From contig CBDAOB010000004.1 of NCBI GenBank assembly GCA_965197905.1, positions 1,952,001 to 2,016,000 of the forward strand: a stretch of DNA of 64,000 bases, written 5' to 3'. The notes below the pieces were generated by a model. The model worked only from the letters and a program-made list of their open reading frames with translations. It made no database searches and had not been told where the DNA came from. Both the position numbers and the translations under genes were made by a program. Each line of letters opens with the position of its first letter. The first letter of the stretch is position 1. The DNA comes from Candidatus Latescibacterota bacterium (lineage in GTDB: Bacteria > Latescibacterota > UBA2968 > UBA8231). Of the stretch, positions 1 to 8,645 are shown piece by piece.

Positions 1-785
1 CCGTGCGCCATTCTGATCGTCACCGCTTCGGTAGGTGGAAATGCGGCAAAGGTGTTCCAGGCGATGGGCAACGGTGCGCTGGATGCCATCGACACTCCGG
101 TTGGGGAACCCGGTGGCGAAGGCGGCGACAGCCTGTTAGCCAAAATTGCCACCATCGGCAAGCTGCTGGGGGACGGGGTGCACCATCGGGGTGAGGTGGC
201 GGTTCGCCCGCGGACCAAAGCGGCGGTGCCTCCTCTGGTAGTGATCGGTGCTTCCACGGGTGGACCGATGGCGTTGGCGGCCATTCTCTCCAGTTTGCCG
301 GAGGATTTCGTGGGCGCGATAGTAATCGTCCAACATGTGGACGTCCAGTTCTCCGCCGGCTTGAGCTCCTGGCTGGATACGCAGTCCCGTTTGCCCGTCG
401 CACTTGCCGAGAAGGGAACCCTGCTTCGAGGCGGTCGTGTGTGGGTAGCCGGTACGAACAATCACATTATAATGACGCCCAATATGGAGCTTCGATACGA
501 TTCCAGGGTAAGCGCCACTCCGTACCACCCATCTATCGACATCTTTTTCGACAGCGTGGCCGAACACTGGCCTGAAAAAGGCACGGCGGTGCTGCTGACA
601 GGTATGGGTCGCGACGGCGCCAATGGTCTTAAAAGCTGCGGGACAAGGGTTGGCATACCATTGCCCAGGATGAAAAAACCAGCGTGGTCTACGGCATGCC
701 GAAGGAAGCCGCTCAGCTCGGCGCCGCAGCCGAGGTACTACCCATCGACAAGATCGGCCTGGCCTTAAAGCGGTCAATGCTTTGA
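1..785 (+). pseudogene. cheB: CheB/WspF-type protein-glutamate methylesterase (REC + CheB), 5'-truncated by the window edge, frameshifted near 631-634
   Basis: Motifs IGASTGGP, IVQHVD, HPSID and LLTGMGRDGA lie in frame 1. The conserved C-terminus ([37 protein letters not shown]) continues in another frame after CTT AAAA GCTG and ends at TGA 783-785. Confidence 0.85.
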
Positions 786-838
786 AACCATCCCCTTCGC
801 AAACCCGCTAGATTGGTTACCGTCCCCATCGAATCGCC

Positions 839-1318
839 ATGCTGCTACTGATCGTCAAGCTGGGACCTGAAAGATACGCCATCGAGACCAACCAGGTTGC
901 GGAGGTGATCCCCCGGGTCCGTATGCGCGAGGTGCCTCACGCTCCCGATTTCGTCGTTGGACTCTTCGTATTTCGGGGTGCCGTCGTTCCCGTCATCGAC
1001 CTGCGGAAGCTGATGTGGGGAATGGAATGTGAGCTTTTTCTCAACACGCGCATCGTTCTGGTCCGCCTCGATGACGATAGACTGCTAGGACTCATGGCGG
1101 AGGATGTGACCGACACGAAGCAGTCCACGGAACTGACCAATGTGGAAACCGGCATCGAAGTAGAGAAGGCGCCGTACCTTTCAACCATGGGGGTCGGGGA
1201 AGGGGTAGGCATGGTTCAGCTCATCGACATCTACAAGCTGCTCGATCAAAAAGCGCGGGAGCTGTTGTATTCAAGCGTAGACGAGCTCGAGGGCGATCTG
1301 CAGGCGGGACAATCGTAA
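839..1318 (+). CDS. cheW: CheW-domain adaptor protein (WspB-like)
   Basis: VPHAPDFVVGLFVFRGAVVPVIDL and LLGLMAEDV are CheW signatures; lies in a chemosensory cluster. Confidence 0.85.
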   Translation: MLLLIVKLGPERYAIETNQVAEVIPRVRMREVPHAPDFVVGLFVFRGAVVPVIDLRKLMWGMECELFLNTRIVLVRLDDDRLLGLMAEDVTDTKQSTELTNVETGIEVEKAPYLSTMGVGEGVGMVQLIDIYKLLDQKARELLYSSVDELEGDLQAGQS

Positions 1319-1321
1319 TCC

Positions 1322-1993
1322 ATGTCGTCCGAGACCGTTCACAATTTCTGCTGGAACAGAATCGGCGTCTGGGGAGACGTCAGCTGCCCCGAACTCGACT
1401 CGGTTTCCCACTGCCACAACTGTCAGATCCACGCGGCGGCCGGGCGCAGCTTGTTGGAACGGCCGGGATCAGACGAGTACCTCGACGAGTGGACGCGGAT
1501 TATTGCGCGGCGCGAACAAGCGCAGAACGCGGAAAACGTTTCGGTCGTGCTCTTCCGCATGGGAGGCGAGTGGCTGGCGCTACCCACGGCGGTGTTCAGC
1601 GAGGTGATAGAAGACCGCGCTATTCACAGCATGCCCCACCGCTCGAGTCGCGTGTTCCTGGGCTTGGTCAACATTCGCGGAGAGATCCAACTGTGTTTCT
1701 CCCTGGCAGCGATCCTCGGTCTTTCGTCTACGGCCGAGAGTGATTCGGTGCAAAGCCACATCGTCTACAAGCGGATGATCGTCGTTCGTCAAGAGCGCAA
1801 CAGCTGGGTGTTTCCCGTGGACGAGGTCTACGGCGTCCATCACTTCGACAACGAGGAACTGGACGAGTCTCCCGTCACGGTTTCGAAGACCGATGTCACC
1901 TTTACCACCGGACTGCTGGCCTGGAACGATCGCAGCGTCGGACTACTCGACGTCGAGCTGTTGTTCAACGCCCTGAAGAGGAGTGCTGTTTGA
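1322..1993 (+). CDS. cheW: CheW-domain adaptor protein (WspD-like)
   Basis: N-terminal CWNRIGVWGD..CPEL...HCHNC motif typical of WspD, followed by a CheW domain (GLVNIRGEIQLC, FPVDEVYG). Confidence 0.85.
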   Translation: MSSETVHNFCWNRIGVWGDVSCPELDSVSHCHNCQIHAAAGRSLLERPGSDEYLDEWTRIIARREQAQNAENVSVVLFRMGGEWLALPTAVFSEVIEDRAIHSMPHRSSRVFLGLVNIRGEIQLCFSLAAILGLSSTAESDSVQSHIVYKRMIVVRQERNSWVFPVDEVYGVHHFDNEELDESPVTVSKTDVTFTTGLLAWNDRSVGLLDVELLFNALKRSAV

Positions 1994-3867
1994 GCGCCGG
2001 TGACTCCAATATAGGCGGTGTATCTCTGCTCGACCTCTTTCGGGCCGAAGTCGAGGAGCACACCGGCGTTCTCACCGACGCGCTGCTCGATTTGGAACGG
2101 GATCCCGACAAAGCGCAGGATGTCGAAGCGCTGATGCGTGCGGCGCATTCGGTAAAGGGCGCGGCGCGCATTGTTCAGATCGACGTCGCCGCCGATTTGT
2201 CGCACAAGATGGAGAATTTTTTCGTTGCCGTACAAGAGGGTCGATCGAACCTGACCTCAGAGCACGTGGACACCCTCCTCAAGGGGGTAGACCTGCTTCG
2301 CGTCATCGCTGAGGCGGCCGACGACATCGCCTCCTGGCAAGCGGCGAATCAGGAGGCAGCTACGGCCCTGCTCGCCTCCATCGAGGCGCTGGAATCGATG
2401 CCCATGACCGCCGCCCCTCCCTCGGCCTCGACGGCTACCCCCGACCCATCTCCAGCAGCGGGGGCGAGCGATCTCCTGGACCTGTTCGCCAATGAGATCC
2501 AAAGCCAGGCGGCGGTGCTCAGCGATAGCCTGCTGGCTCTAGAGCGAGATTTGGATTCCGCAGTGGACGTGGAAGGACTCATGCGCGCAGCACACTCCAT
2601 CAAGGGCGCGGCGAGAATCGTCCAGATCGATGTGGCGGCGGAATTGGCCCACGCCATGGAAGACTTCTTCGTTGGCATTCAGCAAGGAAGGGTTCGGGCC
2701 GGCACCGAAAGCGTGGATTTGCTGTTGTATGGCGTCGACGTGTTCGCCTCCCTTGCCACTTTGAGCGGACCGGAGTTTTCGCCCTGGCTGGAGAGTCACA
2801 AAGCGGGCATCGAGGATCTCATTCGGTCCATCACGACAGCGGGCACCAGCCAGGTAGATGGCAGCTCGACGACAACTACGGAACCGCCGCTTTTCGCCTC
2901 TTCCGAACCCAGCCCAGAAGCAGACGAGGACCGGTTGACCGGATCCGCACCGGCTCCGAGCTCGCTCGATGAGCAACGGGATCGAGTTGTCCGCGTTGCC
3001 TCGGAGAACCTGAACCGTCTCATGGGTCTGGTGGGAGAATCGGTGGTGGAAGCTCGGTGGCTGCAACCGTTTGCCGACTCGTTACAACGACTAAAGGGCG
3101 ATCAGTTCGAGGTCGCAACCCTCGTGGATCAGATCAAGGATTCTCTCGAACACTCCTGGTCGCCGGAGCACGCGACGATCCGGTTTCAGGAGCTGCGGGC
3201 GCAGCTGGACGAATGCCGCACCTACTTGGGCGACCGACTCAGCGACCTGGAGATCTACGCTAGGCGCTCGGAGAACCTGTCGGATCGCCTCTATCGCGAG
3301 GTTATAGCCAGCCGCATGCGACCCTTCGCCGACGGCGTCCAGGGGTTTCCCAGATTGGTGCGGGACATCTCCAGGTCGCTGGGCAAGTCCGTCCGACTCG
3401 AGATCGTCGGCAAAGGAACTGAGGTCGACCGGGACATACTGGACAGGCTCGAAGCTCCGCTGAACCACTTGCTGCGAAACTCGTTGGATCATGGCATCGA
3501 AACCGCGGAGGTTCGCAGGAGTGCGGGAAAACCAGAAGAGGGGACGATCCGCTTGGAGGCGCGGCATGCGGCCGGCATGCTGGCCATTTCGGTAGAGGAT
3601 GACGGTTGTGGTATCGACCCCCAAAGCCTGCGGCAAAACATCGTCGGCAAACAGCTGATAGACGCTGAGACCGCGTCGCAGCTGTCCGAAACGGAGCTGA
3701 TCGAGTTCCTGTTTCTGCCCGCGTTTAGTACCGCAGAAGAAGTCACAGAGATTTCCGGTCGCGGTGTCGGGCTGGACGTAGTAAAGAATATGGTGCAACA
3801 AGTGGGAGGGACCTTGCGCGCCGAGTCCCTGATCGAGGCAGTGGAGGATCTCATCGGCTCGGCGTAG
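1990..3867 (+). CDS. cheA: CheA/WspE-like histidine kinase with two Hpt domains; CheW and most of the REC domain are missing (internally deleted)
   Basis: Two LMRAAHS(V/I)KGAARIV Hpt motifs; HLLRNSLDHGIE, DDGCGID and SGRGVGLDVV HATPase boxes; TTG start overlaps the upstream stop; the protein ends abruptly after the HATPase domain. Confidence 0.85.
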   Translation: MSAGDSNIGGVSLLDLFRAEVEEHTGVLTDALLDLERDPDKAQDVEALMRAAHSVKGAARIVQIDVAADLSHKMENFFVAVQEGRSNLTSEHVDTLLKGVDLLRVIAEAADDIASWQAANQEAATALLASIEALESMPMTAAPPSASTATPDPSPAAGASDLLDLFANEIQSQAAVLSDSLLALERDLDSAVDVEGLMRAAHSIKGAARIVQIDVAAELAHAMEDFFVGIQQGRVRAGTESVDLLLYGVDVFASLATLSGPEFSPWLESHKAGIEDLIRSITTAGTSQVDGSSTTTTEPPLFASSEPSPEADEDRLTGSAPAPSSLDEQRDRVVRVASENLNRLMGLVGESVVEARWLQPFADSLQRLKGDQFEVATLVDQIKDSLEHSWSPEHATIRFQELRAQLDECRTYLGDRLSDLEIYARRSENLSDRLYREVIASRMRPFADGVQGFPRLVRDISRSLGKSVRLEIVGKGTEVDRDILDRLEAPLNHLLRNSLDHGIETAEVRRSAGKPEEGTIRLEARHAAGMLAISVEDDGCGIDPQSLRQNIVGKQLIDAETASQLSETELIEFLFLPAFSTAEEVTEISGRGVGLDVVKNMVQQVGGTLRAESLIEAVEDLIGSA

Positions 3868-4638
3868 TCAACCGGTCGCACCGGCTCGCACTGTTTCCAT
3901 GGCGCTTTGCACAAATTGCGCACCGGCTGCGAGCGCGTTTCCCACACTCACGTAGCGATATCCCCAGCTGACCTTTTCCTGGGCGTCTGCCGTTTCGCCG
4001 CAGGTGGTTCCCGGAACGACTCCGGAACCGGAGAGCATGCGGGGAACCTCTTTCATGATCTCCTGAACTTCCTTGGATTTGGTCTCACTGATCCTGCCAA
4101 CCGAAGCCGACAGGTCTAGCGGTCCGACGAAGAGGACGTCAACACCGGGAACCTTGCCCATTTCCTCCAGGTTGTCGAACGCCTGGCGGCTCTCTACCTG
4201 CAGGACGACGACGGTTTCCTCGTTCGCTGTTTTGATGACACGATTGAAATCCTCGCCGGCGATGCGGGACCACGACGGGGTCAAGCCACGTCCTCCTTCG
4301 GGAGGGTATTTAGCGTAGTCGACGGCGCGCGCAGCCTCTTCGGCCGAATCTACCTGTGGCACCATTACCGCCACCGCTCCCACGTCGTACGCCTTCTTGA
4401 TGAGGGCGGGATCGTTCCAAGCGACCCGGATCATCGGCGCAACTCCCTTGTTGCGTGCCAGTACCGGAATCACATCCAAGGCCTCCGTGCTGTACGGAGA
4501 ATGTTCGGTGTCGATCCACAGAAAATCGGGTTGGGTTTCGATAACGACCCCGGCGATGTGAGGGGTAAACCCTGGCAACACCGTCCCCACAACGAGATCC
4601 CCGGAGCGGATTTTCTTTTTCAACGGATTGGGGTACAT
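3868..4638 (-). CDS. HpcH/HpaI aldolase family protein
   Basis: WIDTEHSP, YPPEGGRG, QVES and LFVGPLDLSAS motifs. Confidence 0.85.
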   Translation of the reverse strand: MYPNPLKKKIRSGDLVVGTVLPGFTPHIAGVVIETQPDFLWIDTEHSPYSTEALDVIPVLARNKGVAPMIRVAWNDPALIKKAYDVGAVAVMVPQVDSAEEAARAVDYAKYPPEGGRGLTPSWSRIAGEDFNRVIKTANEETVVVLQVESRQAFDNLEEMGKVPGVDVLFVGPLDLSASVGRISETKSKEVQEIMKEVPRMLSGSGVVPGTTCGETADAQEKVSWGYRYVSVGNALAAGAQFVQSAMETVRAGATG

Positions 4639-4665
4639 CGATTCCTCCTTATTGGTACGGCTTAA

Positions 4666-5469
4666 TTAGAGACGGTAGAAGATAGCCGTCCCCAGAACCA
4701 GGCGATAGATGGAGAACAGGTAGGTTCCGTGTCGCTGCAAGAACCGCAGCAGGAACCTAATGGCGGCATACCCACTGACGGCAGCGGCCACTATGCCCAC
4801 GCCCAAGTGAACGAAACCGTCGGTCGCCATTCCTTGTTCCGCCAGTTCGAACAACTGCAGCAGACCGCTGGCGCCGATGGCGGGAAGACCTAGAACGAAG
4901 GAGAACCGGCCTGCGTCTTCACGGCGCAAGCCTACAATCAATCCTCCCATGATAGTGGATCCCGAGCGCGAGCATCCGGGAATCAGCGCCAGCGCCTGGC
5001 AGAGTCCGATAAACTGGATTTGCCAGAAACCCAGTTCAGTCATGATTCGCGAGCGTTTGCCCCACAACTCCGCGGCGAAAAGGAACAACGCCAGAACGAT
5101 CAACGCCGCAGCGATCAGCTGCAGATCGCGAGCGTCGGATTCGATAAATTCCCGGAAGCCCAAGCCGCACGCGGCGATGGGCACAGTGCCGGGGAGTATA
5201 GACCAGGCCAGCCGCGCGTCGTCGGTATGCGCGAAGCTCCGATGACGCGCCGAAACCCATGCGGCCACGGTCAAACGTTTGATATCAGCGGCGAAATACA
5301 GGAAAACCGCCAACAGCGTACCCAGTTGAATGACCGCCGAAAATGCGGCACCCGGATCGGGCCAGCCAAGAAAGTGGGGAACGACGCGAAGGTGTGCAGT
5401 ACTGCTGATGGGAAGAAATTCGGTGAGGCCTTGCAAGACGCCAAGCAGCAGCGCTTGAACCCAGTTCAT
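4666..5469 (-). CDS. uppP: Undecaprenyl-diphosphate phosphatase
   Basis: QGLTEFLPISSTAH and ALIPGCSRSGSTI motifs; multi-TM protein. Confidence 0.95.
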   Translation of the reverse strand: MNWVQALLLGVLQGLTEFLPISSTAHLRVVPHFLGWPDPGAAFSAVIQLGTLLAVFLYFAADIKRLTVAAWVSARHRSFAHTDDARLAWSILPGTVPIAACGLGFREFIESDARDLQLIAAALIVLALFLFAAELWGKRSRIMTELGFWQIQFIGLCQALALIPGCSRSGSTIMGGLIVGLRREDAGRFSFVLGLPAIGASGLLQLFELAEQGMATDGFVHLGVGIVAAAVSGYAAIRFLLRFLQRHGTYLFSIYRLVLGTAIFYRL

Positions 5470-5576
5470 CGCGGTAAACTACGGGGCGTGGCATATCTTG
5501 ACAAGCGAACCTGCGCGGACTAGGGTTTTGGTCCGCTCGCGGCCCCGCAAGGTAACCTTGCCACACAAATCTCTTC

Positions 5577-6782
5577 ATGAAGATTCTAGTTTCCAATCTG
5601 GGCAGCACGTCGTTCAAATACAAACTGTTCGATATGCCATCCGGTACGGTGTTGGCACGCGGCGGCATGGACCGCATCGGCGATACCACCTCCAGGCATG
5701 TATATCAGATCGGCGCCGCTACCGAGGTGGAGCGAGAATGTGTGCTGGACAGCCACGAGCAGGCGATCGATGAAGCGCTGGAGCGTTTGGCCGAAGATGT
5801 CTCCGCCCTGCCGTCGTTGGACGAGTTGGGCGCGGTTGGTTTCAAAGCGGTTCACGCCCGCAGCATATCCGGGGTCGTTGCCCTCGACGACGACGTAATC
5901 GAACGCATGGTTAGTTATTATCCGCTGGCGCCCGCCCACAATCCCGCCTATGTCACCGCTATCCGTCGGTTCGGCAGGGTAGTGCCCGACGTGCCGTTGG
6001 TGGGTTGCTTCGAGACCGCCTTTCACGACACGATGCCGCTGCGGCGCCAGCTCTACGCGGTGCCGTACGACTGGTACGAACGTTACGGCATTCGCCGCTA
6101 CGGCTTCCACGGCGCCAGTCACCGCTACGCGGCCGAAAAGGTGGCCGAGCTCGAAAGCAGGCAGACCATTAGGCAGATCAACTGTCACCTCGGCGGGTCG
6201 TCGTCACTGTGTGCCATCAAGAACGGTGTCTCACACGGAGCTTCTCACGGATTGACGCCCCAGGGGGGCGTACCCCAGAACAATCGCATCGGGGATCTCG
6301 ATCCGTTTGCCATCGATCTGGTCATGCGTGCCGAGGGTCGCACCTTCGAGGAGGTTCTGAAGCAGTGCGGATCCCAGGCCGGCCTAGAGGGCCTGTGCGG
6401 ATTCAACGATATGCGCGATATCGAGGAGCGAGCGGCTGCTGGAAATGAGCGGTGTGTGCTGGCTATCGAGGTCTTTACGTCGGCGATCCGAGACTATCTC
6501 GGTGCCTATATCGTCGAGCTGGGGGGATTGGATGTCGTCAGCTTTACCGGCGGGATTGGCGAGCACTCGGCCACCGTACGCCAACAGGTTTTACACCGTC
6601 TGAACTTTCTGGGTGTGGAGATCGACGACGCGTTGAATCGCGAAGTGCGAGGCGAAGGGAGTCTGCACGCCGCAGGCAGCCAAGTTCACCTCTACGTTTT
6701 GCGCACCGACGAAGAGCTTGTAGTCGCGCGACAAACCTTTGAGTTTCTCGAGAGCGGCCGAACGACAGCGCAGCCCTCTTGA
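5577..6782 (+). CDS. ackA: Acetate/propionate kinase family protein
   Basis: NLGSTSFKY, APAHNP, ETAFH, RRYGFHGASH, HLGG, FTGGIGE and TDEEL motifs. Confidence 0.9.
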   Translation: MKILVSNLGSTSFKYKLFDMPSGTVLARGGMDRIGDTTSRHVYQIGAATEVERECVLDSHEQAIDEALERLAEDVSALPSLDELGAVGFKAVHARSISGVVALDDDVIERMVSYYPLAPAHNPAYVTAIRRFGRVVPDVPLVGCFETAFHDTMPLRRQLYAVPYDWYERYGIRRYGFHGASHRYAAEKVAELESRQTIRQINCHLGGSSSLCAIKNGVSHGASHGLTPQGGVPQNNRIGDLDPFAIDLVMRAEGRTFEEVLKQCGSQAGLEGLCGFNDMRDIEERAAAGNERCVLAIEVFTSAIRDYLGAYIVELGGLDVVSFTGGIGEHSATVRQQVLHRLNFLGVEIDDALNREVRGEGSLHAAGSQVHLYVLRTDEELVVARQTFEFLESGRTTAQPS

Positions 6783-6882
6783 GCTCTGCCATCTCGACTC
6801 TTCCGTTGTTGACCTGTTTTGCCGCAACAATTACTATCAAAAAAGATGGGATGAACATTATTACGTTTTCCAGGAGTGCAAG

Positions 6883-7389
6883 ATGTCTGTCAGTTGGAAG
6901 ATCTGGGGCCTGGCGGTCCTTTTTGCTACAGCTACTCTCGCCGGGTGCGCCGGGGATGGCAGCAGTCTCGGTCCCGACGGCCGTCCGGAAGCTGCCAACG
7001 GTGATGCCAATAGCGACGAAAACGGTGATGCGAATGGGGATGAAAATGGCGACGGTGATGACGGTGCTCCGAAGGTCACCCTGGCTCAATTGAGCACGGA
7101 GATTTTCACACCGAACTGCACCTCCTCGGGTTGTCATGGCGGTTCCTTCGTGTCGGCAAACATGTCGCTGGAAGCGGATCGAATCGCTGACGAGATCATC
7201 GGCGTCGCCAGCAGCGGCTACGATCTAAATCGGATCGAACCTGGAGATCCGGAAGCCTCTCTCCTGTTAAAGAAGGTTCGTGGCGACGACGACGTGAGTT
7301 CGCAGATGCCTTTGAATCGAACCCCACTGACGGCGGAGCAGATCGAGTTGATCCGCGCCTGGATCGCTGCGGGGGCCCCGATCGAGTAG
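6883..7389 (+). CDS. Predicted lipoprotein with a c-type cytochrome-like domain (CX4CH) and a low-complexity N/G/D linker
   Basis: AGGAG RBS upstream of ATG 6883; lipobox LAGC; CTSSGCH; PGDPEASLL..K and MPL..LT..QIELIRAWI..GA resemble planctomycete-type cytochrome c domains. Confidence 0.65.
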   Translation: MSVSWKIWGLAVLFATATLAGCAGDGSSLGPDGRPEAANGDANSDENGDANGDENGDGDDGAPKVTLAQLSTEIFTPNCTSSGCHGGSFVSANMSLEADRIADEIIGVASSGYDLNRIEPGDPEASLLLKKVRGDDDVSSQMPLNRTPLTAEQIELIRAWIAAGAPIE

Positions 7390-7413
7390 GTCGACTTAGA
7401 GTGGAGAACTGGA

Positions 7414-8559
7414 ATGAGCACGGTTGAATCGATCGTAGCCGAGCGCTACAGTTCGGCGGCAAATGCTCCCGAGGTGGCGCTCTGCTGCCCGGTGGATTAC
7501 GATCCGCGGTATCTCCGCCAAATTCCCGAGGAAATCATCGAGAAGGATTACGGATGCGGAGACCCTTCACGCCACGTCAAAGAAGGGGAGACGGTTCTCG
7601 ATTTGGGGTCCGGGGGCGGGAAGATCTGCTACATCGCTTCGCAAATCGTCGGAGAACGAGGAAGCGTCATCGGCGTAGACATGAACGACGATATGCTGGC
7701 GTTGGCGCGTGGTTACCAGGATGAGATGGCGTCGCGCCTGGGCTACGGCAATGTTTCATTCTTGAAAGGGCGCATTCAGGATCTCACCCTGGATCGGGAT
7801 CGTATCGATACCTGGTTGCAAAAGCATCCGGTCCTGAACGAGGCATCACTGCGGCAGTTCGAGGAGCACGTGGCTCAACAACGACGTAAGCATCCTCTGG
7901 TCGACTCCGACTCGGTCGATGTCGTTTTGAGCAACTGCGTGCTCAATCTGGTGGAGGATGCACAAAAGGTACAACTCTTCAGCGAGATCTTCCGCGTTCT
8001 GCGCCGCGGCGGTCGCGCCGCCATTAGCGACATCGTCGCCGACGAACCTGTGCCTATCGACCTCAAGCAAGACAACACGCTGTGGAGCGGTTGTATCTCT
8101 GGGGCCATGGAAGAAGGCGCCTTTGTAAACGCGTTTGTGGATGCCGGCTTCTACGGCGTCGAGATCGCCAAGCGCGACGCGGAGCCGTGGCAGACGGTGT
8201 CCGGCATCGAGTTCCGCAGCGTCACCGTGGTCGCTTACAAGGGAAAAGAAGGGGAGTGTTGGGACCACAACGAGGCGTTGATATACAAGGGACCTTTTAG
8301 CAGGGTGACCGACGACGACGGCCAAGCCTTTGTGCGCGGTGAGCGAACGGCCGTCTGCCGCAAGACCTACGAAATCTATTCCAGGGAGCCGTACGCAGAT
8401 CAGTTCGAGCAGGTCGAACCCCTCGAACAGCTCGATGACCCCGAGCCGTTTCCCTGTACCGGAGGGATCGTGCGGCGCCACCCCCGGCACACCAAAGGCC
8501 ACGATTACGATGCTACCATCGAGGCCGGGGAATGTTGTGAGCCCGGGAGCTGCTGCTAG
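7414..8559 (+). CDS. arsM: Arsenite-methyltransferase-like SAM-dependent methyltransferase with a Cys-rich C-terminal extension
   Basis: LCCPVDY, DYGCGDP, VLDLGSGGG, SNCVLNL and LWSGCISGA motifs; ends CCEPGSCC. Confidence 0.75.
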   Translation: MSTVESIVAERYSSAANAPEVALCCPVDYDPRYLRQIPEEIIEKDYGCGDPSRHVKEGETVLDLGSGGGKICYIASQIVGERGSVIGVDMNDDMLALARGYQDEMASRLGYGNVSFLKGRIQDLTLDRDRIDTWLQKHPVLNEASLRQFEEHVAQQRRKHPLVDSDSVDVVLSNCVLNLVEDAQKVQLFSEIFRVLRRGGRAAISDIVADEPVPIDLKQDNTLWSGCISGAMEEGAFVNAFVDAGFYGVEIAKRDAEPWQTVSGIEFRSVTVVAYKGKEGECWDHNEALIYKGPFSRVTDDDGQAFVRGERTAVCRKTYEIYSREPYADQFEQVEPLEQLDDPEPFPCTGGIVRRHPRHTKGHDYDATIEAGECCEPGSCC

Positions 8560-8596
8560 CTAGGCGGAAGCGTCGTCCGTGTAGATCACACGCATA

Positions 8597-8636
8597 GAAA
8601 GGGGCGCGCCCGATGCGATCGAACCGCGCCTATTTC
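8597..8636. terminator. Possible intrinsic terminator between convergent arsM-like and acs genes
   Basis: Imperfect inverted repeat GAAAGGGGCGCG...CGCGCCTATTTC. Confidence 0.35.
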
Positions 8637-8645
8637 TGGTACGGC

